64,000 nt of DNA, from the NCBI GenBank assembly GCA_050084985.1, contig JBITNC010000001.1, forward strand, positions 155,372,001 to 155,436,000, written 5' to 3'. Origin of the DNA: Nageia nagi (lineage: Eukaryota > Plantae > Pinophyta). A program made the translations under genes and the position numbers. This document shows positions 11,901 to 24,168 of this stretch, in pieces. The notes under the pieces were generated by a model, which saw nothing but the letters and a program-made list of their open reading frames with translations, made no database searches and was not told where the DNA came from. The first letter of the stretch is position 1. Each line of letters starts with the position of its first letter.

Positions 11901-14900
11901 GTATACATGTCATTAAGGGATTGATCTGTCATTATGTTGCACGGTGAACCCATGTCCATGATTTAATAAAGAGACAAAAATGGCTTGAGCAATCGTCAAC
12001 ATAAACATTTGGTCAAATAATGTATGAGTGATTTTGTAAATAAATCAAGGTTTAAACGAATATTAGTAATGATAAGAGATTTAATTGGCTTAGTGTTGAA
12101 GGATTTAATGAGGACGTGGAATAGGAATGGTGAGGTTACTTTTGAGGCTCGAAACGGAGCAATAGCGGGGTGGGTGTACAGGAAATAGAGCATTCTGGTT
12201 TGTTCCTAGGGTTGTATGGAGGAATTGTTACAATGATTCGATCAAAATTACATCCTACCCCTGGTTCAAGCATTCATGAATCGCAGAAGTGAACACCAAA
12301 AAATTTTATCAAGGTTGATTACACCGGGTTCTTGACCAATCTTGCCATGTGAGTGCTAAAGTAGCTAGCATCATTATTAAACTCATATGGGATCGCCTAG
12401 TTCATTCCTAGAATATCGAGTGTTAAACTAAATAAAAATAAAAATTAGGTCTGAAATTTAGGGTTCTGGTTGATAAGAAAAGCGGATGCGATACAGTGAC
12501 ACAATCGCTCATTAGTTATCATCCATAGGCACCATTCACAAATTCTACCTCAATTCATACCTGGTTTACATGTTGTTTCACGGAAAGTAGAGGGCCCCAG
12601 CAAAAGGAGAATTGACATTGATCGACAAAGGGACCTATGCCATTTGGAGATGCTACCCCAAATGGAAGCTTGAGAGGAGATGGAATAGTTTTACCATGAA
12701 AAATAATAGATGGGAGTTTGAGATCTACAAGGAGCTCAAAGGAGAAATCACAGTGGCTAGGATCTCTAACTTAGCCCAAGACGCATTGAAGAAGCATGAG
12801 GACTTCTTCCTCCATCACCAACACTATTCCTATATCAGAATTCATGGGTTAGCCACGCAGCCGTACCAATGGCCAAGATTCGTGAGCAACAGATTGCTTC
12901 TTATGGAGATGATGAGGCAGTTGCCCTATATACATAAATAGGTGTGGAAAAAGAAATCGGCTACTTCAAATTTGCCGATTATAGTAGGTGAATACCAGTG
13001 TAAGTCTTGGGTGGACGTTGACACTATGAAGGAAGAGTTGGCGAGATTTAACTTCAAGAAGATGCTTGCTGCCGACCATTATGAACCTAACCACAGGATG
13101 CACTAGTTCTTCATGAAGGAAAGGAAAAAAGCATATGAGCACAAACCACTTGGAGAAGAGGAACCTTTCCGAAATGTGAGTAACGAGGTAGAGATGAGAA
13201 AGATTCGTGAAAAGATGCATGAAGATGCCCATGATCAGCAACACCTTGTTGAGGCCACTATCAACAAGAGATTGTCACGACAGGAGGGAAGAAGACCTCA
13301 AGAGTCCACTTCTAGGGTCACCCAGTTTCCTCCCACAGTTGAAGCGCCAATTGGACAATATGCGTTAATGCGTGGCAAGAACCTAGTAGAATGGGTAGTA
13401 CAACAAGTAAGGGACACCACTGATTAGCACAACATGAGAGAGCTAGAGCGGGTGGCCACTGACAAGGTAGTGAGGTGTGTCAAGAACAGAGAGAAGGATC
13501 CCTCCCCACCGTCCAGACCACCTAGAGGAGCAGTGGCAGATCCGTCACCAATCGTTCCACCATCTGGATCTTCATCATCCAGCCCCATGTACAGACTTGA
13601 TGAAAATCAAGAGGAGGGAGAAGTAGGAGAGTCAGAAGGTGAGCAAGAAGCGAATGTCATGCAGCATGACGACATCCCAAATACACAGCAAGAAGACGGA
13701 TCCTTAGAGAAAATAAAGGTAGTCCAGAAACCCGCGGCTTCCGACCATCCATAGAGAAGGGTAAGGGACCAGCCTCAGAGTCAGCACAGAGAAGAGCCTA
13801 GTTGAAGAGAACTTCACAATCATGGACAATAGAGACCTTGAAGGAGCTTGGTGAAGAAGAGGCAAGACCCTTGAAAAGGGACAAGAAAAGTACCACCAGT
13901 GTTCAGGAAGAAGTTGTTGAGACTCATCAGCCATCACCTACAGATGAATGGGGAGTTAATATGGAGGAGTGTTTGGATGTGTTTAACATGGACATCGGGA
14001 GGAGTTTGGAGTGAGAGAAGAGAATGATCATATTGGAGAAAGCCCAACTCGCCCGAGTAAGACCCAGACTTATGTGCATCTGGCCAAGAACGCGATTCAC
14101 ATCAAGACTATAATCGCGGACAAAGAGAATCCCCAACGACCTGAAGACCTTAGGCAGGCCAACCAAATCATCAATACAGATCCTATTGGTTTGGCTGGTA
14201 GGAAACATGCAATCATCTCCAACACTGAGGCAATTACCAAAGATGGGATGATGAAAAAAAAGGAGATTAAAAGCCTCAGGAAGGAGTTAGTTGCACAGAA
14301 GAAATTGACTAGAGAATTAGAGTTAGCTAAGGTGCCCATGGAGGAGCTTCGAAAGATAAAACCACTTGAGGGCATGATTACAGTGAAACAGGACGAAGTG
14401 GATGAGGTCTTGGTAATGGTACAATAGTTCATTGGTGCACTGCAAAGGGTAGTATTTGAAGAGCAGAAGCTGAAAGACATTGTGGTGGAGAGAGATAGCT
14501 TTCTTAGGATTTTGGCCTCCCGAAGGCCCATGATCATGAAATTCGAGATGACACAGGACCGGAGGGCTGAAGATGTGAAGTTTTGTGAAGAGTACTGGTT
14601 CTGCTTGGGTGTCATCAACCAGATAGCCACACGTTTCCAAGAAGTGCAGAAGGAGGTCGAAAAGCTCGATGGCAAGGCTAACACCAGCCTCAAGCAGACA
14701 GAGTTCTAGGTCAAGTTTATTGATGATGATGCCACCATTCGAGATAAAGAACTGGTAGTGGCGGAAGTGAGGCACTTTCTTCACAGCTTGATCATGACTG
14801 ACAACATCAACACCTATCAGATTGGGAGTCATTTGAAGCACTTGCTTAAAGCTCGCACTTGTAAGGATGATATGTAGAGGATGGTGGACACAATTGGGCG

Positions 14901-15020
14901 ATGCATTGCTAGGAATATGCCGAAGCTATCAAAGATGTTGCATGGGTTAGAACTCACGGTAAAATTCTTGGATGAAGATTTTGAGGGACGCGTTGAGGTA
15001 TTGGGCCCACATGCACCTTA
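8964..15020 (+). pseudogene. LTR-borne accessory gene, family A (~1,070 codons), split by solo LTR 9667-12495
   Basis: MTTSKGN...IGDTDW.DVDP...MDFS...FYLNSYLVY...YIRIHG...PRFVSNRLLLMEMMRQL, acidic/Ser-Pro middle, coiled-coil C-terminus; several stops and frameshifts. Confidence 0.8.
9667..12495 (+). mobile_element. Solo LTR, 2,829 bp, with Tekay/Del-like termini
   Basis: TGTCACGACCC...GATACA with perfect 5-bp TSD GTGAC (9662-9666 and 12496-12500); TATAAATA near 10502; host ORF resumes on removal. Confidence 0.9.
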
Positions 15021-16073
15021 GTCGTAATTTTCCTAGTTTTATGTTATTTTCAAGAAAATGCATTTATTTTATGAAATACTTTTATTATATTTGATATTTA
15101 ATTCCCAAGTATGTGATGGATGAGGATTTGCTCCCACAAACTTGGAAGGCATTTTGTAATGCCATGTGGCAAGCTTTAATTGAACCATTTGTTACTTCTT
15201 GGATTTTGAAATTAGGGTTAGGGCAACATTTAGGGTTGCTAGAAAACTATTTATAGCCCATTTCGGCTCATTTGTAATGGATTAGACATTTTTGCACTTG
15301 TAAGAGACTTAAATTTTACTTCCAATTAAGCAAGTTTGCTCCATTTGCTAATATGGTATTATTCCAAGTAATTGAATAGTGAATGTTTTCATTAATGGAA
15401 TTATGAACACGTGTTGAAACCTTTGGTGAATGTCATTGTTATTTTGTGTTGTTCAAGTTTGCTTGGTTCATCTCGTAAACCTTGTATTAAGGTGGATGAG
15501 ATAATTCATTGAATATCCTTAGAAGTGATCATTGAGCAAAATATGATGTGCAATAGTTTATGGTTTGCATATTAGACTTGTGTTGTCTGGGATGACTTCC
15601 TTTATAATGCTTAGCACAAGAACTTCACTCCCTTGTTGATGATTGACTTGCATTCTACTCTACAACTACCCTTGCCTACAACTTCACGCTCTTTTCACTA
15701 GCTCATTCATGTGGTTCACTAGTGATAAAGATAAGGAGTGCATGGAACTTGCATAAAGACCGAAGGAAGTAGATTCCATTCCCTGCACCAGTCAATGAGA
15801 CCATATGCACTTGTGTCCCACTCATATACCATCGTCTAATCTGCTTTTTTCCTTTTATTTTTCACTTTTTTGTGCGACTTTCGCAACCTCCTTTTCTTTT
15901 CCTTTTTAAAAACAACCATCTCTAGGGAAAGGGACCCTTCGGGTCCTTGGTTAACAAATACTATTTGAGTAGGGGTAGGGGTCACGCCCTACCACTCAGG
16001 TGTTGGTGTCTTCCCGCAAGCCTTGCAAGTTCATTTGCCCATTAGCAAGGTAGGAAAGAAAAAGCCCCCAACA

Positions 16074-19000
16074 CTTGCAAGAGCAAAACCATCTAAAGAG
16101 CAAACTCAAGGCGAGAAGGTGATCAAGGAAAACCCCCATGCTTCGTCTTATGACCTCGTTGAAGATTTGAAAAATACTAATTTAGAAGCTTCAATGTACA
16201 ATGTAATTCAGATGGATAAAGAATACAAACCTATCAAGAGGGAGTTGAGCAAATTAGACTCCAAAGTTAAGCAGAAATGGGTGCCCAAGGCCACTAAGGC
16301 ATCCGAACCTATAGAGGCAAAGACCCTATCCGTGTACAAAGACAAAGAAAAGGAGTCACCACCATTTCTTTTAACACTGAGGATTGCGAGCAAGAACCTG
16401 CATAATTGCATGGTGGACTCCGGTGTAGCTGGAAATGTCATGCCACACAAGATCTGCAAACAACTGAACTTTCCCCATCACAAATAGTCCTAAGAAGGTT
16501 ACTCAGCTGGCTCAGACTCAAGTCAAGGTGATCAGAATGCTTCCAAACATGCATTCTCAAGTAGCTTCCGAACCTCAAGTGCAACAATACACTGATATCC
16601 AAGTAGTGGACATTCTGGATTCATATGGGATCCTGCTGAGCAAAGATTGGTCAAAGAAACTCAACGGATACATCTCCACTGACTTTACCCATATGTGGCT
16701 TCCATGGAAGGGGCAACCGAACCAGATCAGAATAAGCAACGAGCCCTACCTCAAAGAGATGATCATGGATTACAATAATTTGAACAAGGTTCACTTTGCA
16801 CAAGTAGAGCTGGGAGTATACAATATGGACATCATTGTTGACAAAGGTGGTCCCCATGTGAAAGTGGAAGAATATCATCAGACTCCTTTGTATTTTAATC
16901 ATCTGAAGAAAGACACTTGCTCAAACAATTTGAAACGGACAAGACAAGAAGCTCTAGGTCGAGAGCCTCTTAGGAAATGTCTGACTGGATGAAGCGCGAA
17001 GCTGAAAAATAGTTGGACGAGCTTGAGGAAGCTGGGTACTTGTTGCCCGAAAATCAAGAACCTAAGAAGAAGGATGCTGGTGTTGGCATCCCGGAGAAAG
17101 AAATATCAAAGAATATGGACAAACATCACCAGTTGTTGAGAGGAGAGAGTTCACATCCTCCTCCTGCTGATAGCTCTAAAGATGAACGTGTTGGTCCTCC
17201 TAAAGAAGACCAATTTTGGGTCCTCAAGTTCTATGGCTCTAAGTGCAGACTTAGAAGCGAGGGTAGTCTCGAGCAACAAAATCCAAAAGGAAAGAGGTAT
17301 CAGGCCTTGTTTCGGCTTCAGTATCCCTGCACATGCAATTCAACCGTATACGAAGCGTGAAGTACCTGAAAATAATTGGAGATTCAAAGCTGGTGGTGAA
17401 TCAGATTCGAAATATTTATTTTGTAAGGATCCAAGGCTGAAACGATACCGGATCCAAGCATGGGATCTCCTGAAAGATCTTGAATCTTTTGAGATCCAAG
17501 TTGTTTTGCAAAGACAGAACTCAATGACTGATTCATTAGTCATTGCTGCAAGCACACTTCAACCCTTGGAAAACACTCAGTTGCGGAGGTTTACTGTGGA
17601 GATTGTTCTAGTGCCTTCAGTTTTTGACAACATTGCAAATCTTCAAGTTTTCCAAGATAAGCAGCAAATTCAAGATTTTGTCAAGTTTTGGAGTGTTTAC
17701 CTCCCAAGTGATTGAAGAAGATTCATCCAACTCTACGGGTAGAATGCCAAAGTCCTGATAGAAGAGAAACTGGATGATGGAGTCATGTAGTTGAAGAAAA
17801 ACAAAATCCCAAGAGTAATCGTGACCCTGGAACGCTTGTTTGATCACGATGTGATCCGCAACGAAGCTGCTGTGCAGATTGATGCTGAAGATAGTAAAGT
17901 AGTCTACTTGGGAACGGAGTCTGAAACTAGGAACATCCTCTTCGAAAAATCTTGTAATGGTGTTGAAGGAGAGAAAATCATTCAAGTTATACAGGAGTTC
18001 ATTGACACCATAGCATGGAGGTATGAGCATCTTAAGACATATGATCCTGATATCATCACTCATACCATTCCCCTTAAGCCTAATATGAAGCCTTTCAAAC
18101 AGAAGCAAAGGGTGGTTAACCCCATCCTGGAGCCTTTAATTATTCAAGAAGTTTAGAAAATGGTTGAGTCCAAGATTATTTTTCCAATGAGACACTCATC
18201 CTGGGTCGTGAATATAGTTCCAATCCATAAGAAGAATGGAGAGATAAAGGTATGTATTGATTTCAGAGATCTCAACCAAGCTTTGGAGAAGGACGATTAC
18301 TCTTTGCCCTCCCTGGACGAAGTCTTACAAATTGTAAATGGTTCACAAATGATGTCCTTTTTGGATGGTTATTCAGGTTACAATCAAATTTTGGTTGATG
18401 AAAAGGATAAGTTGAAGATAGCCTTCGCTATGAAGTGGGGAACATTTGCATACAACCGAATGCCCTTCAGTTTGATAAATGCTAGAGCTACGTTCCAGAG
18501 AGCCATGGATTTTGCCTTCCAAGGTTTGATCGGGAAGTTCATTGTGATATACATGGATGATTTAACAGTGTTCTCAAAAGATGGATCTTCCCATGTAGAG
18601 GATTTGAGGAGAATTTTTGAAAGATGTGGAAAATTTGGAATTTCCTTGAATCCCAAGAAGTGTATTTTTGGCACTTCCAAAGGGCGATTGTTAGGTCATA
18701 TTATTTCCGAGCATGGGATCTCCATCGATCCCGAGAGGGTGAATGCCATTCAAAAGATTCCATACCCATCCAGTGTTAAGGAATCACAATCATTCATGGG
18801 CCAAATTAACTTTGTTCGCAAGTTCATATCAAGCTTCGTGGAAATTGCCAAACCCATTAATGATATGCTGAAGAAAGATGATAAGATCCTGTGGGATGAG
18901 GAAGCATGCAGAGCTTTTAAAAACATCAAAAATGTCATTTCTAGTGCTCTTGTTCTCACCAGTCTCGACTATAAACAACCATTTTATTTGTACTCTTTTG

Positions 19001-20269
19001 CATCTAAACATTCCTTAGCCGAAGTCCTCACTCACAGGATCGAAGAGGAGAATCATGAGAAGCCCATTGCATTTATGAGTGCCCCATTCCAAGATGTTGC
19101 TTTGAGATATCCTCCAATTGATAAACAAGCATATGCCTTGGTTAGAGTCGTCAAGAAATTCAGGCATTATATTCTCAAAAGTCCAATCACTGCTATCGTG
19201 CATAATGCAGCTGTGAAGAATTTGCCCGTAAAGCATGAGCTGGGTGAAAAATGAGGAAATTGGGTGACTACCCTCCAAGAGTACGATCTCACCATTCAAC
19301 CAATGAATATTGTATGTGGCCAAGGACTTTCTCGAACACTCGCCTTCTACGGAAATGTTGTTGATTCAAAATGTGAAGACGAGGCGAGAGATGTTGATAT
19401 CATGATGTGTAAATACGCACTTGAAAAAGGTTCCTTGTATGAGGATATTACCAGATACTGTACTTCTGGCTCATATCCCCGACATTTCAATCAAGCCGAG
19501 AGAAGAGCTCTGAGACACAAATCTACTAAGTTCATGATAAAGGCCAATAAGTTGTTTCGCAAGAACCACGAAGGTATCTTTCTAAAGTGCCTCGAAGAGA
19601 ACCAGATTGCAAAAGTGTTGAAACAATTTCATGATCAAGACGGTGGAACTGGTCATGCCCCAGGCCCTATGTTAGCCCATCAAATTCTGAGAGCTTGGTT
19701 TTACTGGTCAACTATTTTCAAACATGCCTACAATTACACAAAGAAGTGCCATGTTTGCCAAACTTCAGCTGGAAGAGAGAAGCATTCCAATCTACCCCTC
19801 CATCATGTGCTTGAAGCTAAACCTTTTGCCAAGTGGGGTTTAGATTTTATTGGGGTCATCCATCCCAATTCTTCCAAAAGACACAGATTCATCCTGACAG
19901 CTACCGATTATTGCACTAGGTGGACCGAAGCCAAAGCCTGCAAAAACACCACTTCGAAGGTTGTCATAAACTTCTTAGAAGAATGCATAATTGCGAGATT
20001 TGGCATCCCCTATAGCCTGGTGCGATAATGGACCACGTTTCATTTTTGCGAAGTTGACAGAATGGGCATATGATTACAGCATCAGTATAAGTTACTCTTC
20101 AAATTAATTATCCTCAAGGCAGCGGAGTAGCTGAGTCGACCAATAGAAATCTGGTAATAATGATCAAGAAGCTTCTGGCGGACAATCTGGTAACATTGGG
20201 ACTGACGATGTGGTTGAAGAAAGGCTGGCAAATTTGCTCCAGTTAGAAGAGAAAAGAGAACAAGCTTTC
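16074..20269 (+). pseudogene. pol: Tat-type Ty3/gypsy pol: protease, additional RNase H, RT, RNase H, integrase (degenerate)
   Basis: LHNCMVDSG (PR ~16400); WVLKFYGS...CTCNSTVYEA (aRH ~17215-17540); VCIDFRDLN, LDGYSGYNQI, YMDD (RT); HHCC and WGLDFIG...TDYCTRWTEA (INT). Confidence 0.93.
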
Positions 20270-20539
20270 TGTTGTGCCCACACAACACACCCCAAAATAC
20301 AAGATTTTGAGGACCCTATTTTGGCAAAGGCAATGAGGTGCATTGCCTTGAGATTGGCTTTTGGCAACAGATAGTTCATTCTGAAGAGTGCAAACATGAT
20401 ATCAGGGAGCGATTCAAGAAGATCTTGCGACAAAGACCCTGAAGAGTATCAAAGTATCCAATCACCGATTTTGTAGCCAAAGAGCCAGGATCTGAGAGAT
20501 AGCACCAGAGCACGGAATTTTGGGTCTAGAGTGCAATCA

Positions 20540-21240
20540 GTGCACATGGGGTCGGTTTTGCAAAGTTTGAGCTCACAAATGCCAAGTGTGGCAAAAGGGC
20601 GTGTTTTTGCAGGATTCAAGCACAAAGGTGTCCTGGTGACGAAAATGGGCGTTTTTGTCAATTTTGAGTCCGGATACAATGAATATGGCTTTTGACCCCG
20701 AAAAGCTGGAAAGGGCAAGTATGATAGAAAATGAGCGTTTTTGCCAATTTTGAGCCTGGAAGTGGTCAACAAGGCAAGAATGTGCATTTTTGCACAATTT
20801 GGACCCGAAAGGCTCGAAAATGGTAAAAAAAGTAAAGTTGAGCCCAGAATGCTCGAAAAGTGCAATTTTGACAGGGAATGCACATAAATGTTCGATTTTA
20901 ACCGAAAATGTAAAGTTTGAGCTTTGAAGTGCCAAAAATGTCGAAAATGATTGTTTTTCAGAGATTAAGCTTGATTTTGACCGTAAATGCCTGAAATGAC
21001 CGTTTTTCAGAGTTTAAGCTCGAAATGTTGGGAATGATCGGAATTGCACAGTTTGAGTTCGGAATACCAAGAATGATCGCAATTGCACAGTTTGAGCCCG
21101 AAAATGATGGAAAATGTGGATTTGGTAAAGTTCAAGCTCAAAAATGGCGGATAGTGGTTCGGAATGCACAAGGTGTGTCCAAGAGCACAGTTTGAGGATT
21201 TTAGTGATATCAAAGTCCGAGTTTTGACACATAGCTCCCA
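20540..21240. repeat. Short-period degenerate repeats (GCACAGTTTGAGCCCG, AAATG.CGAAAATG) with phased A/T tracts
   Basis: Motifs recur every ~20-45 bp; same motifs at 46010-46640. Confidence 0.7.
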
Positions 21241-21329
21241 ATAATGGCAAAATATGAAAAATTTTCAAGAGACAAATCCAAATGGTGTCGAAAATCAAGT
21301 CTAAGAGCATCATTGGAGAGATAAGGTTA

Positions 21330-22740
21330 TTTCTGACATAATTAGGACTTGAAATTTTTTATTTTGCCCAAGTTTTGAGCCATAAAATCCTAGGCGCAAG
21401 TTTCCAAGTGATTGGAAATCCATAGACTTGCATTTTGGTGCCTAACTTGAAGGAGAAAAATGGATTTTGACCAAAAGACCAAACCAAAGGCATAAATTGA
21501 TGGAAAAAGGGGTTTCAAGCATATTTAAGTCTTAAATTTTTCAAATTTGATCAAGTTTTGAGGCCCAAAAAGCTAGGCACATGTTTTCAGCTGTATGGAA
21601 ATCCAATCAAAAGGTTTTTGGTGCCTAGCATGAAAGGAAAATATAAATTTTGCAAAAAATCAATTTTAAGTGCTTGGGGACAAGGAGAAAGTGATTTTGA
21701 GCACATTTAGGTCTTGAAAAATGCAAATTTGATCAAGTTTTGGGCACTTAAAGGGCAGGTGCAGGTTTTCAAGTTTTTCCAAATCCAATGGAGTGAAAAA
21801 TGGTGCCTAAAATGAAAATATTGACAAATTTTAGTCAAAAATCAAGTTTGAGGTGTTCATTAAGTGAAATTTGGCATTTTGAACACATTTAGGTCTTGGA
21901 AAAATCAATTTTGAGCATATTTAAGCACCCTAAAGGCTAGGCGCAGGTTTGCAAAGCTATGGAAATCCAGTGGGATGAATTTTGGCACCTAGCATGAGGG
22001 AAAAAGATAAATTTTGTCCAAAACTCAAGTTTGAAGGTTTGTAAGCAAGGAAAAGGGCATTTCAAGAAGGTTTACGTCTACAAAATTTCACTTTTGAGCA
22101 AGGGAAATGCCCCAAAACCATAGGCGCATGTTTTCATGCCAATGGAATCCCAATGAAGTGTTTTTTGGCACCTAAGTCAAGGAGGAAGATGGATTTTTGA
22201 TCAAAAACCATATTTGAAGGCATAAATGGATAAAAGACCCCATTCTAAGCACATTTAAACTTGTAAATTTTCATTTTTGAGCAAATTTGGGAGCACAAAT
22301 ATATGGGCGCAGGTTTTCATATCATGCAAGATCCATAGTGCTGAAAACTAGTGCCTAAGTTGGGGAGAATTGACAAATTTTGATCAAAATTCATGTTTGA
22401 GCACTTCATTACAAGGAAAATGCCATTTTGAACATATTTAATACTTCAAATTTTCAATTTTGAGCACATACAAGGCACCAAAAAGCTAGGCGCAGTTTTT
22501 TCCAATTTTTCCAAATCCATACAAGTGAAAACTAGTGCCTAATTTGAGGAGGAACATCAAATTTTGCTCAAAAATCAAAAATTTTGTCTTCATTACATGG
22601 AAAATGGAATTCTAAGCAACTTTAAACTTTGGAATTTTTGAATTTGAGCAACTTAAAGGGCTAAAAAATCGAGGAGGCATTTTTCATTCCTATGGAAATT
22701 TCACTATTTTCTATCAAAAGAAATCCATAGACATGAAATG
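21330..22740. repeat. Tandem array of 7-8 units of 182-183 bp
   Basis: GG(C/T)(G/A)CA anchors at 21393, 21576, 21758, 21940, 22123, 22306, 22489. Confidence 0.9.
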
Positions 22741-24168
22741 GAAAAAATTGCCAAAATCTCAAATCCTTCATAAAACCTCCTAAAAAGCTCCAAAACCTCT
22801 CAAAATTTGTCAGTACCTTGTAATCCCATCCTCCATCCATGAGCTCAAATCCATTTTTTAAAATTTTTCTAAATTTCGAACCCCCCCTATCTTTTTCGAA
22901 AAATAAACCAAAAACTCCACTTTTTCAAAAAATTCTCTCAGAATCCCTTGAAAATTTGCCACAATGATCACATCACAGGCAAATCTAGATTCAAAAAAGG
23001 ACGGAGCTTAAAAGACTGTCAGAAGGATCTAGAACGAGGATTTGAAGCTCCAATTTTTGACAAATTGATGCAAAACGCTTCGAAATGCATGCCAAAGAGC
23101 ATCAATTTTTGTAAATATTTTATTTTTTAGCATATTTTAGTGGGATGAGATTGTTCTCCCACTAAAACAATATTGTAATCTCAATTTAGCATTCAAATTA
23201 GCATTTTAAAGTTTTTTTTAGGAATTAGAGCAACACCCTCAAATTTTGACCTAAAAAGTCTATAAATAGACCATAGGAGGTCACATTTTGAAGGAGAATG
23301 TTGTAGTCTAAGAAATTGAAAATTTTTTCAAAATTGAAAATTTTTGCAATTGAGGAGCAAATTGATGTAGTTGTGCAAAACTCTTTTGCAAACATAATAC
23401 AAATGGCTACAAGTTGATTCAAAGTGTGTTTTCATCTATCGGAGTGGTGGATTGATCTTTTAAGGACAATTTTTGTAACCCAAGTATTTGTGTGCCTTCT
23501 TTTTGAAAACTTTCGAGTTTTAGGAGAATTTGTTGTAAACTTTCCAAAATGTCTGAATTGTCTTGAATTGTTGCTAATTCATCACTTGCTTGTTAAATGC
23601 TTAGTATTTGAAATCGACTTTCTCTTAAGACATCTTCTTAGACCTCTTGTTCAAAACTATTCAACTTCACTTGCGCTTAGTCCACTTGGTTGCATTGATC
23701 CTATTCACAGAGTACCGACAATCAGTTCCACTTCTCGCTCATCTTTGGCATGATTGGACAATAGTCATTCATTTCAAGGACTTGGTTGAATTGAACAAGA
23801 TTTCTTAACCGATCCGAGAGAAAGAACATTTAGACAATGCTGCATTATGATTACCTCTTTGAAGTCTAGCCAAAATTCGACCTCATTCTCACTTTTTCTT
23901 TACTTTATTTTACACTTTCTTTAAAACTTAGGGCAACTTTCGAACTATTGTAAGATAACACACATCAGTCCCTACACAAAACGTGAGTTAACAGTTATTA
24001 CCTCTACTACACCACTTAGCTGATTTCCAAACAAGACCTACAAATTTAAAGCTCGTATTAACGACACGAGCTTTCCGATAGAAACCTTGGGGTATCAATC
24101 CTTACAAGAGGAGTTCAGTAACGCATTCTCACCTACATGTTGGGTCACTTTCCCGTCTTGATCGTATG

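Larger units (their letters stand above)
7472..16073 (+). mobile_element. Giant ORF-bearing LTR, family A (copy A1; ~5.8 kb without nested insert)
   Basis: TGTTGTGAC...CCCAACA; palindrome array, TATA 8811, ORF 8964-15020, second TATA 15248, U5 hairpins; homologous to 30849-33657(-) and 58698-62504. Confidence 0.8.
20270..24168 (+). mobile_element. ORF-less giant LTR, family C/D (copy D), inserted in integrase; 3' tip deleted
   Basis: Starts TGTTGTGCCCACACAACA; 5' end resembles 45749-45810; 23700-24155 colinear with 53715-54280; integrase resumes after it. Confidence 0.75.

Noticed and set aside
15105-15145. Hammerhead ribozyme (retrozyme) around GATGAG...
   Set aside because: No CTGATGA...GAAA core or flanking helices in any copy
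15213-15240. Interstitial telomere remnant
   Set aside because: Only 2-4 scattered units, always just upstream of the LTR TATA; better explained as promoter motifs
7467-16078. TSD for copy A1
   Set aside because: CCTAT vs CTTGC differ at 3 of 5 positions; not used as evidence
20449-21313. Minus-strand ORFs in repeat zones (also 46194-46769, 7721-8761, 14097-14841)
   Set aside because: By-products of low-complexity repeats or antisense shadows of the accessory ORF and pol; no motifs
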